The position numbers and the translations under genes were made by a program. Shown one piece after another: positions 52,607 through 62,796 of a stretch of DNA of 64,000 nucleotides. The notes beneath the pieces are model-generated. The model had not been told where the DNA came from and searched no databases. It was given only the letters and a program-made list of their open reading frames with translations. The DNA is from an uncultured Planctomycetia bacterium (GTDB lineage: Bacteria; Omnitrophota; Gorgyraeia; VGKH01; JBHPFN01). The stretch is taken from positions 7,412 through 71,411 of the forward strand of contig CAYOSQ010000001.1 of assembly GCA_964406665.1 (NCBI GenBank). Direction: 5' to 3'. Numbering within the stretch: position 1 is the first letter of the stretch; every line of letters starts with the position of its first letter.

Positions 52607-52958
52607 CGATTGCTGATTTCAAAGCCTCTTCGGCTAATACGGAACAATGCATTTTTACCGCAGGCAATCCCCCTAAGGACTCTGCAACAATACGGTTGGA
52701 AATCTTCAATGCTTCATCTATCGTTTTATCTTTAACTAGCTCTGTAACCATAGAACTAGTTGCAATGGCTGCACCGCAACCAAAAGTTTTGAACTTTGCA
52801 TCTACTATTTTATCATCTTTTATTTTAAGATACAACTTTAAGATATCTCCGCATACAGGATTTCCTACGCTACCAATGCCGTCTGCATCCTTAATTTCTC
52901 CTACATTATGAGGATGTAAACAATGCTCCATTACTTTATCGTTGTAACCTTCTGCCAT
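52557..52958 (-). CDS. iscU: Fe-S cluster assembly scaffold IscU/NifU-like
   Basis: NPVCGD ... FKTFGCGAAIATSS ... KMHCSVLAEEA, with three conserved Cys. Confidence 0.8.
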   Translation of the reverse strand: MAEGYNDKVMEHCLHPHNVGEIKDADGIGSVGNPVCGDILKLYLKIKDDKIVDAKFKTFGCGAAIATSSMVTELVKDKTIDEALKISNRIVAESLGGLPAVKMHCSVLAEEALKSAIDDFKKKNTGDSGEQKG

Positions 52959-52959
52959 T

Positions 52960-53613
52960 TTACTTTCCTGCCGTTGCCTTTCTCGGCTTCACCGTTTTTC
53001 CGTAATCCTTGACGGATTGAATTTTGGAAAATAATTCCAGCTTGCCGCGTTTTTTAAGATCATTATAAATCAACACCCACGTACAATCTCTGTCTTTATC
53101 TACTTCACATTTACCTTTATCCATGCCGCCACAGGGGCCGTTTAAAATTCCCTTAGGACATCTAGTAATCGGACAGATACAGCCGGTTGAATCTAAAACA
53201 CATTCGGCACAGGCAGAGCACAATTCTTGAAAACTACCCTGGCTATCAACTGCTCCAGCAAATAAAGTATCACACCCTGGCACGACCCAAAGATCTCTTC
53301 GGTCGTTTTCTTTAACCGACTGAGCACCTAAACCACAGGCCATAACCAAAATAGCATCTGATTCTTTTACTGCCTTTATATTCTTTGCGAAAGATGTTTT
53401 TATCTGGGCTGAAACACATGGGGCATCTGGAACAACATATCCTGTTACTTCCTTGCCTTGCTGTTCCAATTTTTCCTTAACTGCTAAGACTTCGGGCTCT
53501 CCTCCAGTCTTACAAGTTGTAGAGCATTCTCCGCAACCAATCACAAAAATCTTCTTAGATTCTTTAAGATTATCTAGAATCTTCTGCAAATCTCTTTGTT
53601 TAGTAATAATCAT
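52960..53613 (-). CDS. Cys-rich protein with an MTHFR C-terminal-like (NGPCGG) domain
   Basis: CPKGILNGPCGGMDKGKCEVDKDRDCTW matches my recollection of the methylene-THF reductase C-terminal domain. The N-terminal part has CGECS and further Cys pairs. Confidence 0.4.
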   Translation of the reverse strand: MIITKQRDLQKILDNLKESKKIFVIGCGECSTTCKTGGEPEVLAVKEKLEQQGKEVTGYVVPDAPCVSAQIKTSFAKNIKAVKESDAILVMACGLGAQSVKENDRRDLWVVPGCDTLFAGAVDSQGSFQELCSACAECVLDSTGCICPITRCPKGILNGPCGGMDKGKCEVDKDRDCTWVLIYNDLKKRGKLELFSKIQSVKDYGKTVKPRKATAGK

Positions 53614-53691
53614 AGTAGAATAATTTTAAATCAAAATTGCCAAAAAGTAAACAAATTTCGCTTAAGCCAAAAATTATCCGGAATTTCACAA

Positions 53692-55029
53692 TTAAGGCTT
53701 ATTCTGATCTTCGTTTTTTTTACGGCGCTTTAAATTTTCCATGCGCTGTCTTATTTTTGCTTCATAACCAATATCTGCAGGATGATAATAGCTTATGTTT
53801 TCCGGCATATATTCTTGAACAACAAAATGGTCAGAATAATTATGTGCATATTTATAATCTTCGCCTCGGCCAAGTTTTTTTGCGCCGCGATATGATGCAT
53901 CCTTTAAATGTTTTGGCACTTCTTGTATGCGTTGGTTTTCGACATCTTCCATTGCCTTGTTAATTCCCATATAAGCTGCGTTTGATTTAGGAGAACAGGC
54001 AACGTAGACCGCTGCCTGAGCCAAAGGAATTCTAGCTTCAGGAAGACCAACGAATTCAGCCACCTGCATTGCAGCATTTGCTAAAACCAACGCCTGAGGG
54101 TCTGCATTGCCTACATCTTCTGCAGCGCAAATACATATACGCCTGGCAACAAACCGAGGATCCTCGCCGGCATAAAGCATCTTAGCCATCCAGTATAAAG
54201 CCGCATCCGGGTCAGAGCCGCGCATAGATTTTATAAAACTTGAGGCTGTATCATAATGAGCATCTTCATCTTTATCATACAATATTATTTTTTTCTGAAT
54301 AGACTCTTTAGCTACTTCTAATGAAAAGTTTATTTTACCTTTTTTATCCACAGGTGTTGTAAGACAACCAACTTCTAAAGCGTTAAGGGCTCTTCTGGCA
54401 TCGCCATCGCACGTTTTTGACAAAAATTCTAAGGCTTTATCTTGAACATCTACTGCAAGATTACCCAAACCATTCTTTTTATCGACAAGCGCTCTTTTTA
54501 AAATTGATAATATTTCTTTTTTTTCTAAAGAGTGTAATTCAAAAACTAGCGAACGGGATAAAAGCGGAGAGACCAAAGAAAAAAATGGGTTGTGCACTGT
54601 GGCACCAATAAGAATAATCGTAGCCTCTTCAACATCCGGCATCAAAACATCTTGCTGTGCTTTGTTGAAACGGTGAATTTCATCTATAAACAATATTGTC
54701 TTCCTACCGTTGGTTGATTTCCTATGTTTTGCCTGTGCGATAATTTTACGCATCTCTTCCACATTAGATGTAACGGCATTTATCGGAACAAATTCTGTTT
54801 TAGTAATATTGCTTATTAAATGTGCCAGAGAAGTTTTTCCCACACCCGGAGGGCCATAAAGGATTAACGATGTTAGCCTATCGGCTTCAATTGCGCGGCG
54901 CAAGAGCTTATCTTTTCCCAAGATGTGTTCTTGCCCGACAAACTCTGATAGCTTTCCCGGACGCATGCGTGCAGCTAATGGTCTATCTTTTGTATTTTCT
55001 GTTTTTGGTTTTGTCTCGAAGAGATCCAT
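53692..55029 (-). CDS. rarA: Replication-associated recombination protein A (AAA+ ATPase RarA/MgsA)
   Basis: Walker A GPPGVGKTSLA, Walker B ILFIDEIHRFNKAQQD and a C-terminal MgsA helical domain. Confidence 0.85.
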   Translation of the reverse strand: MDLFETKPKTENTKDRPLAARMRPGKLSEFVGQEHILGKDKLLRRAIEADRLTSLILYGPPGVGKTSLAHLISNITKTEFVPINAVTSNVEEMRKIIAQAKHRKSTNGRKTILFIDEIHRFNKAQQDVLMPDVEEATIILIGATVHNPFFSLVSPLLSRSLVFELHSLEKKEILSILKRALVDKKNGLGNLAVDVQDKALEFLSKTCDGDARRALNALEVGCLTTPVDKKGKINFSLEVAKESIQKKIILYDKDEDAHYDTASSFIKSMRGSDPDAALYWMAKMLYAGEDPRFVARRICICAAEDVGNADPQALVLANAAMQVAEFVGLPEARIPLAQAAVYVACSPKSNAAYMGINKAMEDVENQRIQEVPKHLKDASYRGAKKLGRGEDYKYAHNYSDHFVVQEYMPENISYYHPADIGYEAKIRQRMENLKRRKKNEDQNKP

Positions 55030-55332
55030 TTTAAATCAAATAATAAATTATTTCTTTGCGTGAAAAAAATCCCCGCAACATGCCGTCGGAAAACTGGTTG
55101 ACTGAACCGTGTGTCTACAAGTGGGTGTCGCTCTAAACTTACCCGCAGGCAACATAGAAGTCAACTCCCATTGTTTAGCTGTTGGCTCAACACACATATC
55201 TTCCGGCGCGCATGGCAGGGATAAGAATTAATTACTTCTTAATTTGAATATACCACTTGGCAATTACAAAATCAAGGAATTTTGATGGCAGGTAAAATAT
55301 TTTTTCTTTTGTTTTTTGTAAGCGGAAGATTT

Positions 55333-56835
55333 CTATTTATTATCTGATACTAACTCTAAAGCTGCTATTCTCTGCGCTAACTCTTTATTTTCTGACTTTA
55401 ATGCATCAATTTCTGTCTTAAGCTCCCTTATAGTCTCTACAAAAAGTGCCTCAATTCCAGAAATATTGGTTGTTTTAAAACCATCCGGCCCATCCATTAC
55501 CCACTGAGGAAATACTTGTTCTATCTCTTGGGCTATGAAACCCATACGAGTACCAGTTTCATTGCCATGTCTTTGTGGATCTTTCCATTCAAAAACAGCC
55601 CCCCGCAGCTTAAGCACGGTATCCAAAGCTTCTTCTACAGTTTTGATATTCTTTTTTAAGCGTCTATCTGAAACGGCATTCCAAAGGTTGCCGCCGGAGC
55701 TCTTCCACGCAGACATACCTGTTCCATTATAATTCACTACCAAACCTGTGTTGGCGCTAGCGGGATTATCGTAATCTACAACAAGACCCTGGCCACCACC
55801 TTGATAATCTATCCACATCCCAGCCCCAGAACCACCCTCATATTGAACATTTATCCCATGTCCAGTAATATTATTGCTTTCGTTCCAAACCTTAAGTACA
55901 TCGGGGTCTCCGGAGACATTCGGATGAATATATGCTTGAACCGCATTATCGCCAGTAGAATATGCAACATTGCCTTGTAACTGAAAATCCGCTGCATGAA
56001 CATCGCTGCTTGCATCATTAAGCATAGTTCCTTTGACTGCTGCCCAATATCCGTAGTCACCATTGGGCGTTAGCGATGATTCAAAACCGGAAAAATTTGT
56101 TCCCTGGCCGAGATTACCAGCATAATCGACATAGGTTGCATATATTGCGCGATCGTAATCGCCCGCAGCGCTATCACCCGAACCTCCCACATACAACCTT
56201 GCGATATCATTAGATACTATACGCGGGTCTCCGATAAGCACATTAGAACCTAATGGATTAAGCGCTAAAATTTGATAGGTGCCAGCATCTTCAAATGCCT
56301 GAATACTGCCAAAGGTATTTTCCGCTCCAGATGGTTCGCGCAGATTACCTAAAGCAAGACCGTATTGATTGTCCCCGATAAAATAAGCAGTATGCTGTCC
56401 TAGGCCAGTTGCTCCCTGCACTGAAAACCGAGCCGCAGGACTATTGGTACCAATACCTATGTTCCAATCTAAACCCAAATCTACATCCCGTGTGTAAAGA
56501 TCTGTACCGTTAAGCCTCCAGTGTCCACCGCCTCCGACACCTGCCATCTGCTCCCAGGCAAAAGCCGGTGTTGCGTCTTGCGTACAGACATAAAGGCCTA
56601 TACCATCGGGAAGTCCTCCAGCGCCGTCATCGTAATGCATAATGCCTTCATTTGCAGCATTGCATCCGGCTGCCGGAGGAGTATTGTTAGGAAACAATCT
56701 TAAGGCTTTATATGCACCAAACGGTGCGGGATAATAGGTTGTCAGGGTTAACCCTTCTGTCGTTTGAGCATAAGCACAAACACTAGCCAGTGCAATTAAG
56801 CTTATACCTATTAAAATAATTATTGTTTTTTTCAT
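55333..56835 (-). CDS. Secreted tail-fibre-like protein with a C-terminal S74-type intramolecular chaperone domain (paralog 2)
   Basis: Signal peptide with TLTTYYPAPFGAYKALRLFPNNTPPAAGC. The C-terminal VSDRRLKKNIKTVEEALDTVLKLRGAVFEWKD...GFIAQEIEQVFPQWV...IRELKTEIDALKSENKEL is a canonical SDxRLK(K/T)NI chaperone-domain start. Confidence 0.65.
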   Translation of the reverse strand: MKKTIIILIGISLIALASVCAYAQTTEGLTLTTYYPAPFGAYKALRLFPNNTPPAAGCNAANEGIMHYDDGAGGLPDGIGLYVCTQDATPAFAWEQMAGVGGGGHWRLNGTDLYTRDVDLGLDWNIGIGTNSPAARFSVQGATGLGQHTAYFIGDNQYGLALGNLREPSGAENTFGSIQAFEDAGTYQILALNPLGSNVLIGDPRIVSNDIARLYVGGSGDSAAGDYDRAIYATYVDYAGNLGQGTNFSGFESSLTPNGDYGYWAAVKGTMLNDASSDVHAADFQLQGNVAYSTGDNAVQAYIHPNVSGDPDVLKVWNESNNITGHGINVQYEGGSGAGMWIDYQGGGQGLVVDYDNPASANTGLVVNYNGTGMSAWKSSGGNLWNAVSDRRLKKNIKTVEEALDTVLKLRGAVFEWKDPQRHGNETGTRMGFIAQEIEQVFPQWVMDGPDGFKTTNISGIEALFVETIRELKTEIDALKSENKELAQRIAALELVSDNK

Positions 56836-56866
56836 ATTGCACCTCCTCTTCGTGGGAAAAACCAGA

Positions 56867-58915
56867 TTATCTAATTTCTGCTCCGGTTTTATCTTGCAGC
56901 TCGGTACGGATTAAATCGAACACGCCAGAAACTTCTACATCACTTAACGTATGATCTTTCGCTTGAAATATCAAAGATAGGGTTAGACCTTTGGAATCTT
57001 TGGGGATATGCCCTCCAAGATAGTAATCAACTAGGCTTACGCTACGCAGCAATGTTCCTCCGGCTTCTTTCGTGATTTGTTCAAGTTGAGAAAATTTTAT
57101 TCTTTTATGAACTACTAGGCTTATATCGCGGGCAACCTCTGGATAAGAATCAATGTTTTCGAAATGCTTCCTAAGATTAACGAGCTGATAAAGCTCTGAT
57201 AAATTAATTTCTGCAAGCAATACTTCAGAGGTAGTTTTAAAATCAAAGTTCTTAAGTACCTTATCAGAAACTTTGCCAAGGACACCGATTTGTTTTCCTT
57301 CAATACTTATATTCGCGCTTTCTTGAGAAAACATGGGTATGTGCTGCGTCGCAAATGTAACATTGTATATACCCAGACGTTTAAAGAAATTTTCCAGCAC
57401 TCCCTTTAGATGAAATACGCCCTGCTCTAAATAAACTTTTTTGTTGGGTAAACAAGTATTTACATCCTCTCCTGTCAACCCTATGGTCAATACCGGCTGT
57501 TCGCTAAACTCAGCATTGTTGTTAAAATACTTGTTAGAAATTTCAAACATCTTTATATTTTTTTGGTTTCTTCTAAAATTATAAGACATGCAAGAAAGCA
57601 TGCTCGGCAATGCTGTAGGTCTTAAAACTGCCTGTTCTTTACTTAGAGGATTCAATATAAAGACCATGTCGGAAGAACTTACGTTCGCTTTTGCCAAAAA
57701 CTCTTCTGAAATTAAAGTATAGGTTACCACTTCGCGCAAGCCGGAAGAAATCATTGTTTCTTTTATTAGCGGACGCAACTGAACATCTTGCTGCGACTTA
57801 ATGCTTATTGACTTAACTAACGCACTGCTGTAAGGAATATTATCGTAACCGCTACAACGCGCCAATTCTTCGACAAGATCAACATCTGCGCTTACATCTC
57901 GACGGAAACTCGGAGGCTTTGCCTTTATTAATGATTTTGTCGTACGCACCGTAAACCCTAAGCTAGTTAACATGCGCTTTGCCTGCTGCAGAGATATTGA
58001 CATCCCTAAAAGCTGGTTGGCATATTTAATATCTAACGCCACCTCTTTTTTAAAAAGCTGTTTTTCCTGACAATCCTTGGCTGCAATAATTTTTCCTTTG
58101 GCGATATCGCATATAAATTGACTAGCCCTGAGAGAACCATAAGCCACCCCCGCAAAATCCACGAATCTCTCAAAGCGATAGCTAGATTCAGAGCTTAAGC
58201 CTAACTTTCGAGATGCCCTGCGTATTAATATTGGATCGAAGTATGCACTTTCCAATAAAATGTTTTTTGTCGATTCGGTTACTTCGGTTTCCAGCCCACC
58301 CATTACCCCGGCTATGGCTACGGGTTTCTTAGAATCAGCTATAATCAATATATCCGAATCCAGTGAGCGCTCAACACCATCAATAGTAGTAATCTTTTCA
58401 CCTGATTTTGCCTTACGGACAACGATCTTCCCACCAGATAACTTATCCAAATCAAAAGCGTGCATTGGCTGACCAGTCTCCATCAAACAAAAGTTTGTAA
58501 TATCTACAATATTATTTACTGGCCGCATCCCTATAGACTCAAGCTTATTAATCAGCCAGGCGGGAGAAGATTTCACATTAACATTCTGAATTATGGTTCC
58601 AATATAACGTTGGCAGGCTTTTTTATTTTTAACAGAAATACTTACTTTGCTTGAAGATTTTTTTAGGTTTGAAAGCGCAATTGTTTTAGGGATTCTTAAT
58701 TTCTTATTAGTTATGGCTGCTACTTCTCGAGCCAAGCCAATGATGCTTAACCAGTCCGGACGATTAGGAGTAACCTCTATTTCAAAAACCCAATCGCTGC
58801 CTTGCTTTTCTAGAGAAACAACCTCTAATCCAGCCATGGTAAACTTCTGTGCTAACTTCTCAGCAGAAAGCTTAACATCAACATAATTTTTTAACCAGCT
58901 TAAACTAAATTTCAT
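56867..58915 (-). CDS. pheT: Phenylalanine--tRNA ligase beta subunit (short form, 682 aa)
   Basis: B3/B4, B5 and catalytic-like domains are recognisable. Immediately downstream of pheS. Confidence 0.8.
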   Translation of the reverse strand: MKFSLSWLKNYVDVKLSAEKLAQKFTMAGLEVVSLEKQGSDWVFEIEVTPNRPDWLSIIGLAREVAAITNKKLRIPKTIALSNLKKSSSKVSISVKNKKACQRYIGTIIQNVNVKSSPAWLINKLESIGMRPVNNIVDITNFCLMETGQPMHAFDLDKLSGGKIVVRKAKSGEKITTIDGVERSLDSDILIIADSKKPVAIAGVMGGLETEVTESTKNILLESAYFDPILIRRASRKLGLSSESSYRFERFVDFAGVAYGSLRASQFICDIAKGKIIAAKDCQEKQLFKKEVALDIKYANQLLGMSISLQQAKRMLTSLGFTVRTTKSLIKAKPPSFRRDVSADVDLVEELARCSGYDNIPYSSALVKSISIKSQQDVQLRPLIKETMISSGLREVVTYTLISEEFLAKANVSSSDMVFILNPLSKEQAVLRPTALPSMLSCMSYNFRRNQKNIKMFEISNKYFNNNAEFSEQPVLTIGLTGEDVNTCLPNKKVYLEQGVFHLKGVLENFFKRLGIYNVTFATQHIPMFSQESANISIEGKQIGVLGKVSDKVLKNFDFKTTSEVLLAEINLSELYQLVNLRKHFENIDSYPEVARDISLVVHKRIKFSQLEQITKEAGGTLLRSVSLVDYYLGGHIPKDSKGLTLSLIFQAKDHTLSDVEVSGVFDLIRTELQDKTGAEIR

Positions 58916-58934
58916 AACAATATTTTCTTAATGA

Positions 58935-59624
58935 TTATGGACACCAGTCCCAGCCCGCCTCACAAGGAGATCCAACGCAACCGCCGTCACCAACCCAAGT
59001 TCCGTCTCTAAGGCATGTCCACAAAGTATATATTGTTCCCAGCTTAGTGAAACATTTTGTGGGATTGCTATAAGGAGTACCTGACCAGTAACATTCTGTG
59101 GCTGGTTCAAGCGAGGCACCTTTCCAAAGTGCACCATTGAAAAATTGATACTCTTGATCAGCTGTATTATACACAAACAACCCTTCCGCAGGAGCAGCGA
59201 TAGAATCCCGCTGAGCAGTTGTCATGCGGGGAGGCAGAAACCCTGCAACCGTAGAGCTTAAATCAAGCACAACGGAAGAATCGGGTGTGGCAGTTCCAAC
59301 ACCTATTGTCCAATTGGCGTCAGACGGATATATATCATTTCCGGAAACATCCCACAATCCTTCAAAAGTTTGCCACTCATATGTACTGGTTACGGTATTA
59401 AAAGAGCAGGCCCTAACTTGATTATCTGTATTGTCATAGTACAGCTTACCTGCATCATCCACAGCAGCGCACGGCGAAGGTGTATTGTTAGGAAACAATC
59501 TCATTTCTTTATATGTGCCGAAAGGAACAGGGTAATATGTTGTCATTGTAATTTCTTCGGCATGAACAAATCCCACAAACATGCAAAGCACGATTAAACA
59601 AATTATTAATGAAAATTTTAGCAC
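58935..59624 (-). CDS. Secreted protein sharing the TTYYPxPFGxYK N-terminal module (paralog 3, short, no chaperone domain)
   Basis: Signal peptide plus ITMTTYYPVPFGTYKEMRLFPNNTPSPCAAVDD. Cys-containing C-terminus (CEAGWDWCP). Confidence 0.5.
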   Translation of the reverse strand: MLKFSLIICLIVLCMFVGFVHAEEITMTTYYPVPFGTYKEMRLFPNNTPSPCAAVDDAGKLYYDNTDNQVRACSFNTVTSTYEWQTFEGLWDVSGNDIYPSDANWTIGVGTATPDSSVVLDLSSTVAGFLPPRMTTAQRDSIAAPAEGLFVYNTADQEYQFFNGALWKGASLEPATECYWSGTPYSNPTKCFTKLGTIYTLWTCLRDGTWVGDGGCVGSPCEAGWDWCP

Positions 59625-59640
59625 TATTTCACTCCCGCGA

Positions 59641-60699
59641 TTAAAACTGCTTTAAGAATCTAATATCGTTATCAAAAAATAACCTTATGTCATTAATGCC
59701 GTATTTAAGCATGGCTATTCGCTCAACACCCATGCCAAAAGCAAATCCTGTGTATTTTTTACTGGGATAACCCACAGCCTTAAATACCGCCGGATGAACC
59801 ATTCCAGCGCCTAAAATTTCTAGCCAGCCTTTCCCGCCACAAACGCTGCATTTTTTCTGTTTTGAAGTATTCTTTTTACCTTTACAAATAATACAAGAAA
59901 TGTCTGCCTCTGCCGAAGGCTCGGTAAAAGGAAAATAATGTGGTCTGAATCTCATCTTGATGTCGCGGCCAAACATCTCTTTAGCAAAATGTTCCAACAC
60001 ACCTTTTAAATCAGAGAAACGCACATTTTCATCTACTAGCAATCCTTCAACCTGATGAAACATAAAGCTATGACTTGCATCCACTGCATCCGGTCGATAA
60101 ACTCTTCCCGGAACAATTATCGCCAGCGGAGGTTTGTATTGTTTCATAATTCTTACCTGCCCCGGCGATGTGTGGCTACGCAGCAAAAGGCGCTCGTCGC
60201 TCAATCCTGATTTTTTGCAATCCAAATAAAATGTATCAAAGGCATCCCGAGAAGAATGCTCCAAGGGAATATTTAATGCGGTAAAATTATTATGTTCTGT
60301 CTCAACTTCAGGGCCTTCGAAAACCTTGAACCCAAGATTATTAAATATTTTACATATTGTATCTACAACCTCTGTAACAGGATGTCTCGAGCCCAATTCA
60401 CGAGCAACTCCAGGAAGTGTCACATCAATGTCTTGAGAAGGTGCGCTCAATAAATCATTTTTAAGTTGATTGAATCTTTCTTGAAATAGCTGAGTCAGCT
60501 CTTGTTTTAATTGATTAGCGGCCTTGCCAAAAGCAGGCCTCTCTGCTGCAGGAAGAGAAGATACCTTAGAAAGAAGATCTGCGAGTACCCCTTTTCTGCC
60601 TAAAAACCGAATGCGCACTTCTTCCAAACAAGCTATATCACTAGCTGCACCTATTTGTTCTGCAGCTTGCTCTTGAATATGTTTAATATTCCCAGACAC
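59641..60699 (-). CDS. pheS: Phenylalanine--tRNA ligase alpha subunit
   Basis: Class II aaRS motifs FRPHYFPFTEPSAE and GAGMVHP...GFAFGMGVERIAML. Confidence 0.85.
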   Translation of the reverse strand: MSGNIKHIQEQAAEQIGAASDIACLEEVRIRFLGRKGVLADLLSKVSSLPAAERPAFGKAANQLKQELTQLFQERFNQLKNDLLSAPSQDIDVTLPGVARELGSRHPVTEVVDTICKIFNNLGFKVFEGPEVETEHNNFTALNIPLEHSSRDAFDTFYLDCKKSGLSDERLLLRSHTSPGQVRIMKQYKPPLAIIVPGRVYRPDAVDASHSFMFHQVEGLLVDENVRFSDLKGVLEHFAKEMFGRDIKMRFRPHYFPFTEPSAEADISCIICKGKKNTSKQKKCSVCGGKGWLEILGAGMVHPAVFKAVGYPSKKYTGFAFGMGVERIAMLKYGINDIRLFFDNDIRFLKQF

Positions 60700-61181
60700 A
60701 ATAATACCCCAAGTAAAATATTAGCCAATTTTTGTTTCTTTTCGCTTACCTCGTGGATTCTCTCTGAGCCTACTTCAAGAATCTCTATGCTTTCTGCGTG
60801 AATATCCAAATCCCCACCGTGTTCACTACATGCCCGATGAAAAACTCCTTCTATTCTTACTCTGTCGCCGTTGTATTTATAGCCACCTTTATACGTTATC
60901 TTATCCGATAATTCACGCGGGGCCCATATTCCTATAGCGCTATCTATATCGCTAATATTAATCCAGGTAAAATCTCCACGAATCATTATGTCGCCGACAA
61001 CCTCTCCTTCGAAAGTGATATTTTGCTCATCGTATTTTTCAGAATGCTCAATAAGGTCGATGCTTGATGTAGGTTCAACTAAAGCAGCATAGGCAACATC
61101 TAATAACAGAAAAAAAGTTATACAAAAAGCAACTGCAATAAATACAGCATTAATGATCGTTTTATATTTTAAATTTTTCAT
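60651..61181 (-). CDS. Hypothetical membrane-anchored protein (N- and C-terminal TM helices)
   Basis: 176 aa ORF. No recognised motif. Confidence 0.4.
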   Translation of the reverse strand: MKNLKYKTIINAVFIAVAFCITFFLLLDVAYAALVEPTSSIDLIEHSEKYDEQNITFEGEVVGDIMIRGDFTWINISDIDSAIGIWAPRELSDKITYKGGYKYNGDRVRIEGVFHRACSEHGGDLDIHAESIEILEVGSERIHEVSEKKQKLANILLGVLLCLGILNIFKSKLQNK

Positions 61182-62680
61182 CTTCCTTTAATTATTGCAA
61201 TAATAAAACCTAAAAGTGCAAACACCGACATAAATTCTAACCTACCAGCCCACATCTGTAATATATAGGTAACTTTTAATGCCGCAGGCATAGAAGCAGA
61301 TGTAATGCCGCTTGATAACCCTACATTAGCTGCTGCTGAAGTTGATTCAAAAAGAGATTCCAAAAAAGGATATCCTAGAAGCATTCCTACAATGGCACCT
61401 GCAATATACAGAAACAAATACACCGTAGTAATTAACAAAACAGTTCTAACGCGCTTATCTTCTAATATTAAATCTTTTATATGATGGAATCTTGCAACCT
61501 CAACCGCATCCTCAGGAAGCAAAATTTTCTTAACATCATAAAATAAAGTTTTAACAATAAGTCCTATGCGCAAAACCTTAATGCCTCCTGTTGTAGAACA
61601 TGTTGCTCCTCCTAGAGCCATAGCAATAATGATGCCAAAAATGGCCAGATTCCCCCACTCTCTGATAAACTGTCCAACGTACAATGTTGAATAGCCAGTG
61701 CCCGTATGTGCGGATATAAGTTGATAAAATCCTCTCCGGAACATCACCAGCGCCTGAGGATATATGTCTGAGCGAGAAAGATCTAAAACAATTAATGAAA
61801 ATATAATAACCACGGATGAAAAAAAGGTGATTATTTCAATGTTGCGAAAGATTTCTTTGCGGTTTCCCGTCCAGACAGCGTAATGAACCTTAAAGTTTAT
61901 CGCGCCAAAAACCATAATGAGAATTGTAGCAATCTCAAACGCAAAGCTGTGATAATAAACTATGTTTTGTGACTGAGGAGTAAACCCTCCAGTATCAAAA
62001 GCTGCCATAAAAATACACGCACCATGAAACAAAGCTCTAAGAGGTGGCAGTCCTTCAATAAAACCAATAACCCCCAAGGTTGTTGTACCTAACATAAAAT
62101 AAATAATACTCACCATCCAAATAAATCTAGCGGTGTGTATAACATTAGGCAGCACCCTTTCTCCCCTTGCCTCACCTACATAAATCTTAAATGCGCCGGA
62201 TATCCCCCTCACAAGAAAAGTAAGGGCAACCACAACTATACCCTGCCCACCTAAAAACATGATGAGATGTCGCCAAAAATTATGCGAGTATGATAAATGA
62301 TCCAGATCCTGGATAAGAACTAATCCTGTAGTGGCAAATCCCGACATAGAATCGAAACAAGCATCCAAAAATGATTTCCAATGGCCGCTTAAGTATAGTG
62401 GGATAGCGCCTAAAACCATCGCAACTAGCCAAGATAAAGAAACAACCACCATGCCATGCAGCCAAGATAAATCTTTTTCTGCACGGAACAGCATGGTTAA
62501 AACCAAACCCAGCGATAAACAAATTGAAAGGCCCAGGGTAAAATCTATCACCGGATTAATCTCACCGGCAATAAGACCTACAGCCATAGGAATAAGCATG
62601 CATAACCCTATGCCAATTGTTAATCTACCCAAGTAATGACCTATCAGTTGGACATCTGCAAATCGTGGTCGTAAAATCAT
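61178..62680 (-). CDS. trkH: Trk/Ktr-family potassium transporter membrane subunit
   Basis: Repeated selectivity-filter-like motifs TGFATTG, TGGFT and GLSSG in a roughly 10-TM protein. Confidence 0.8.
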   Translation of the reverse strand: MILRPRFADVQLIGHYLGRLTIGIGLCMLIPMAVGLIAGEINPVIDFTLGLSICLSLGLVLTMLFRAEKDLSWLHGMVVVSLSWLVAMVLGAIPLYLSGHWKSFLDACFDSMSGFATTGLVLIQDLDHLSYSHNFWRHLIMFLGGQGIVVVALTFLVRGISGAFKIYVGEARGERVLPNVIHTARFIWMVSIIYFMLGTTTLGVIGFIEGLPPLRALFHGACIFMAAFDTGGFTPQSQNIVYYHSFAFEIATILIMVFGAINFKVHYAVWTGNRKEIFRNIEIITFFSSVVIIFSLIVLDLSRSDIYPQALVMFRRGFYQLISAHTGTGYSTLYVGQFIREWGNLAIFGIIIAMALGGATCSTTGGIKVLRIGLIVKTLFYDVKKILLPEDAVEVARFHHIKDLILEDKRVRTVLLITTVYLFLYIAGAIVGMLLGYPFLESLFESTSAAANVGLSSGITSASMPAALKVTYILQMWAGRLEFMSVFALLGFIIAIIKGR

Positions 62681-62796
62681 TTTATCTTAATTTTAAAAAC
62701 AAAAATATTATTAAAAAAGCCGTTGCCATTATGGCAAAGGCAAAACCTACTTCTGTGCTTATACCTAAAAATAATTTTTTTATTTTTGAATTCATG

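Noticed and set aside
43828-59624. Prophage suggested by the tail-fibre and chaperone-domain genes
   Set aside because: No capsid, terminase, portal, integrase or other tail genes are present. The three genes are dispersed among essential housekeeping genes and carry Sec signal peptides. Host-encoded fibre-like adhesins are the more parsimonious reading.}
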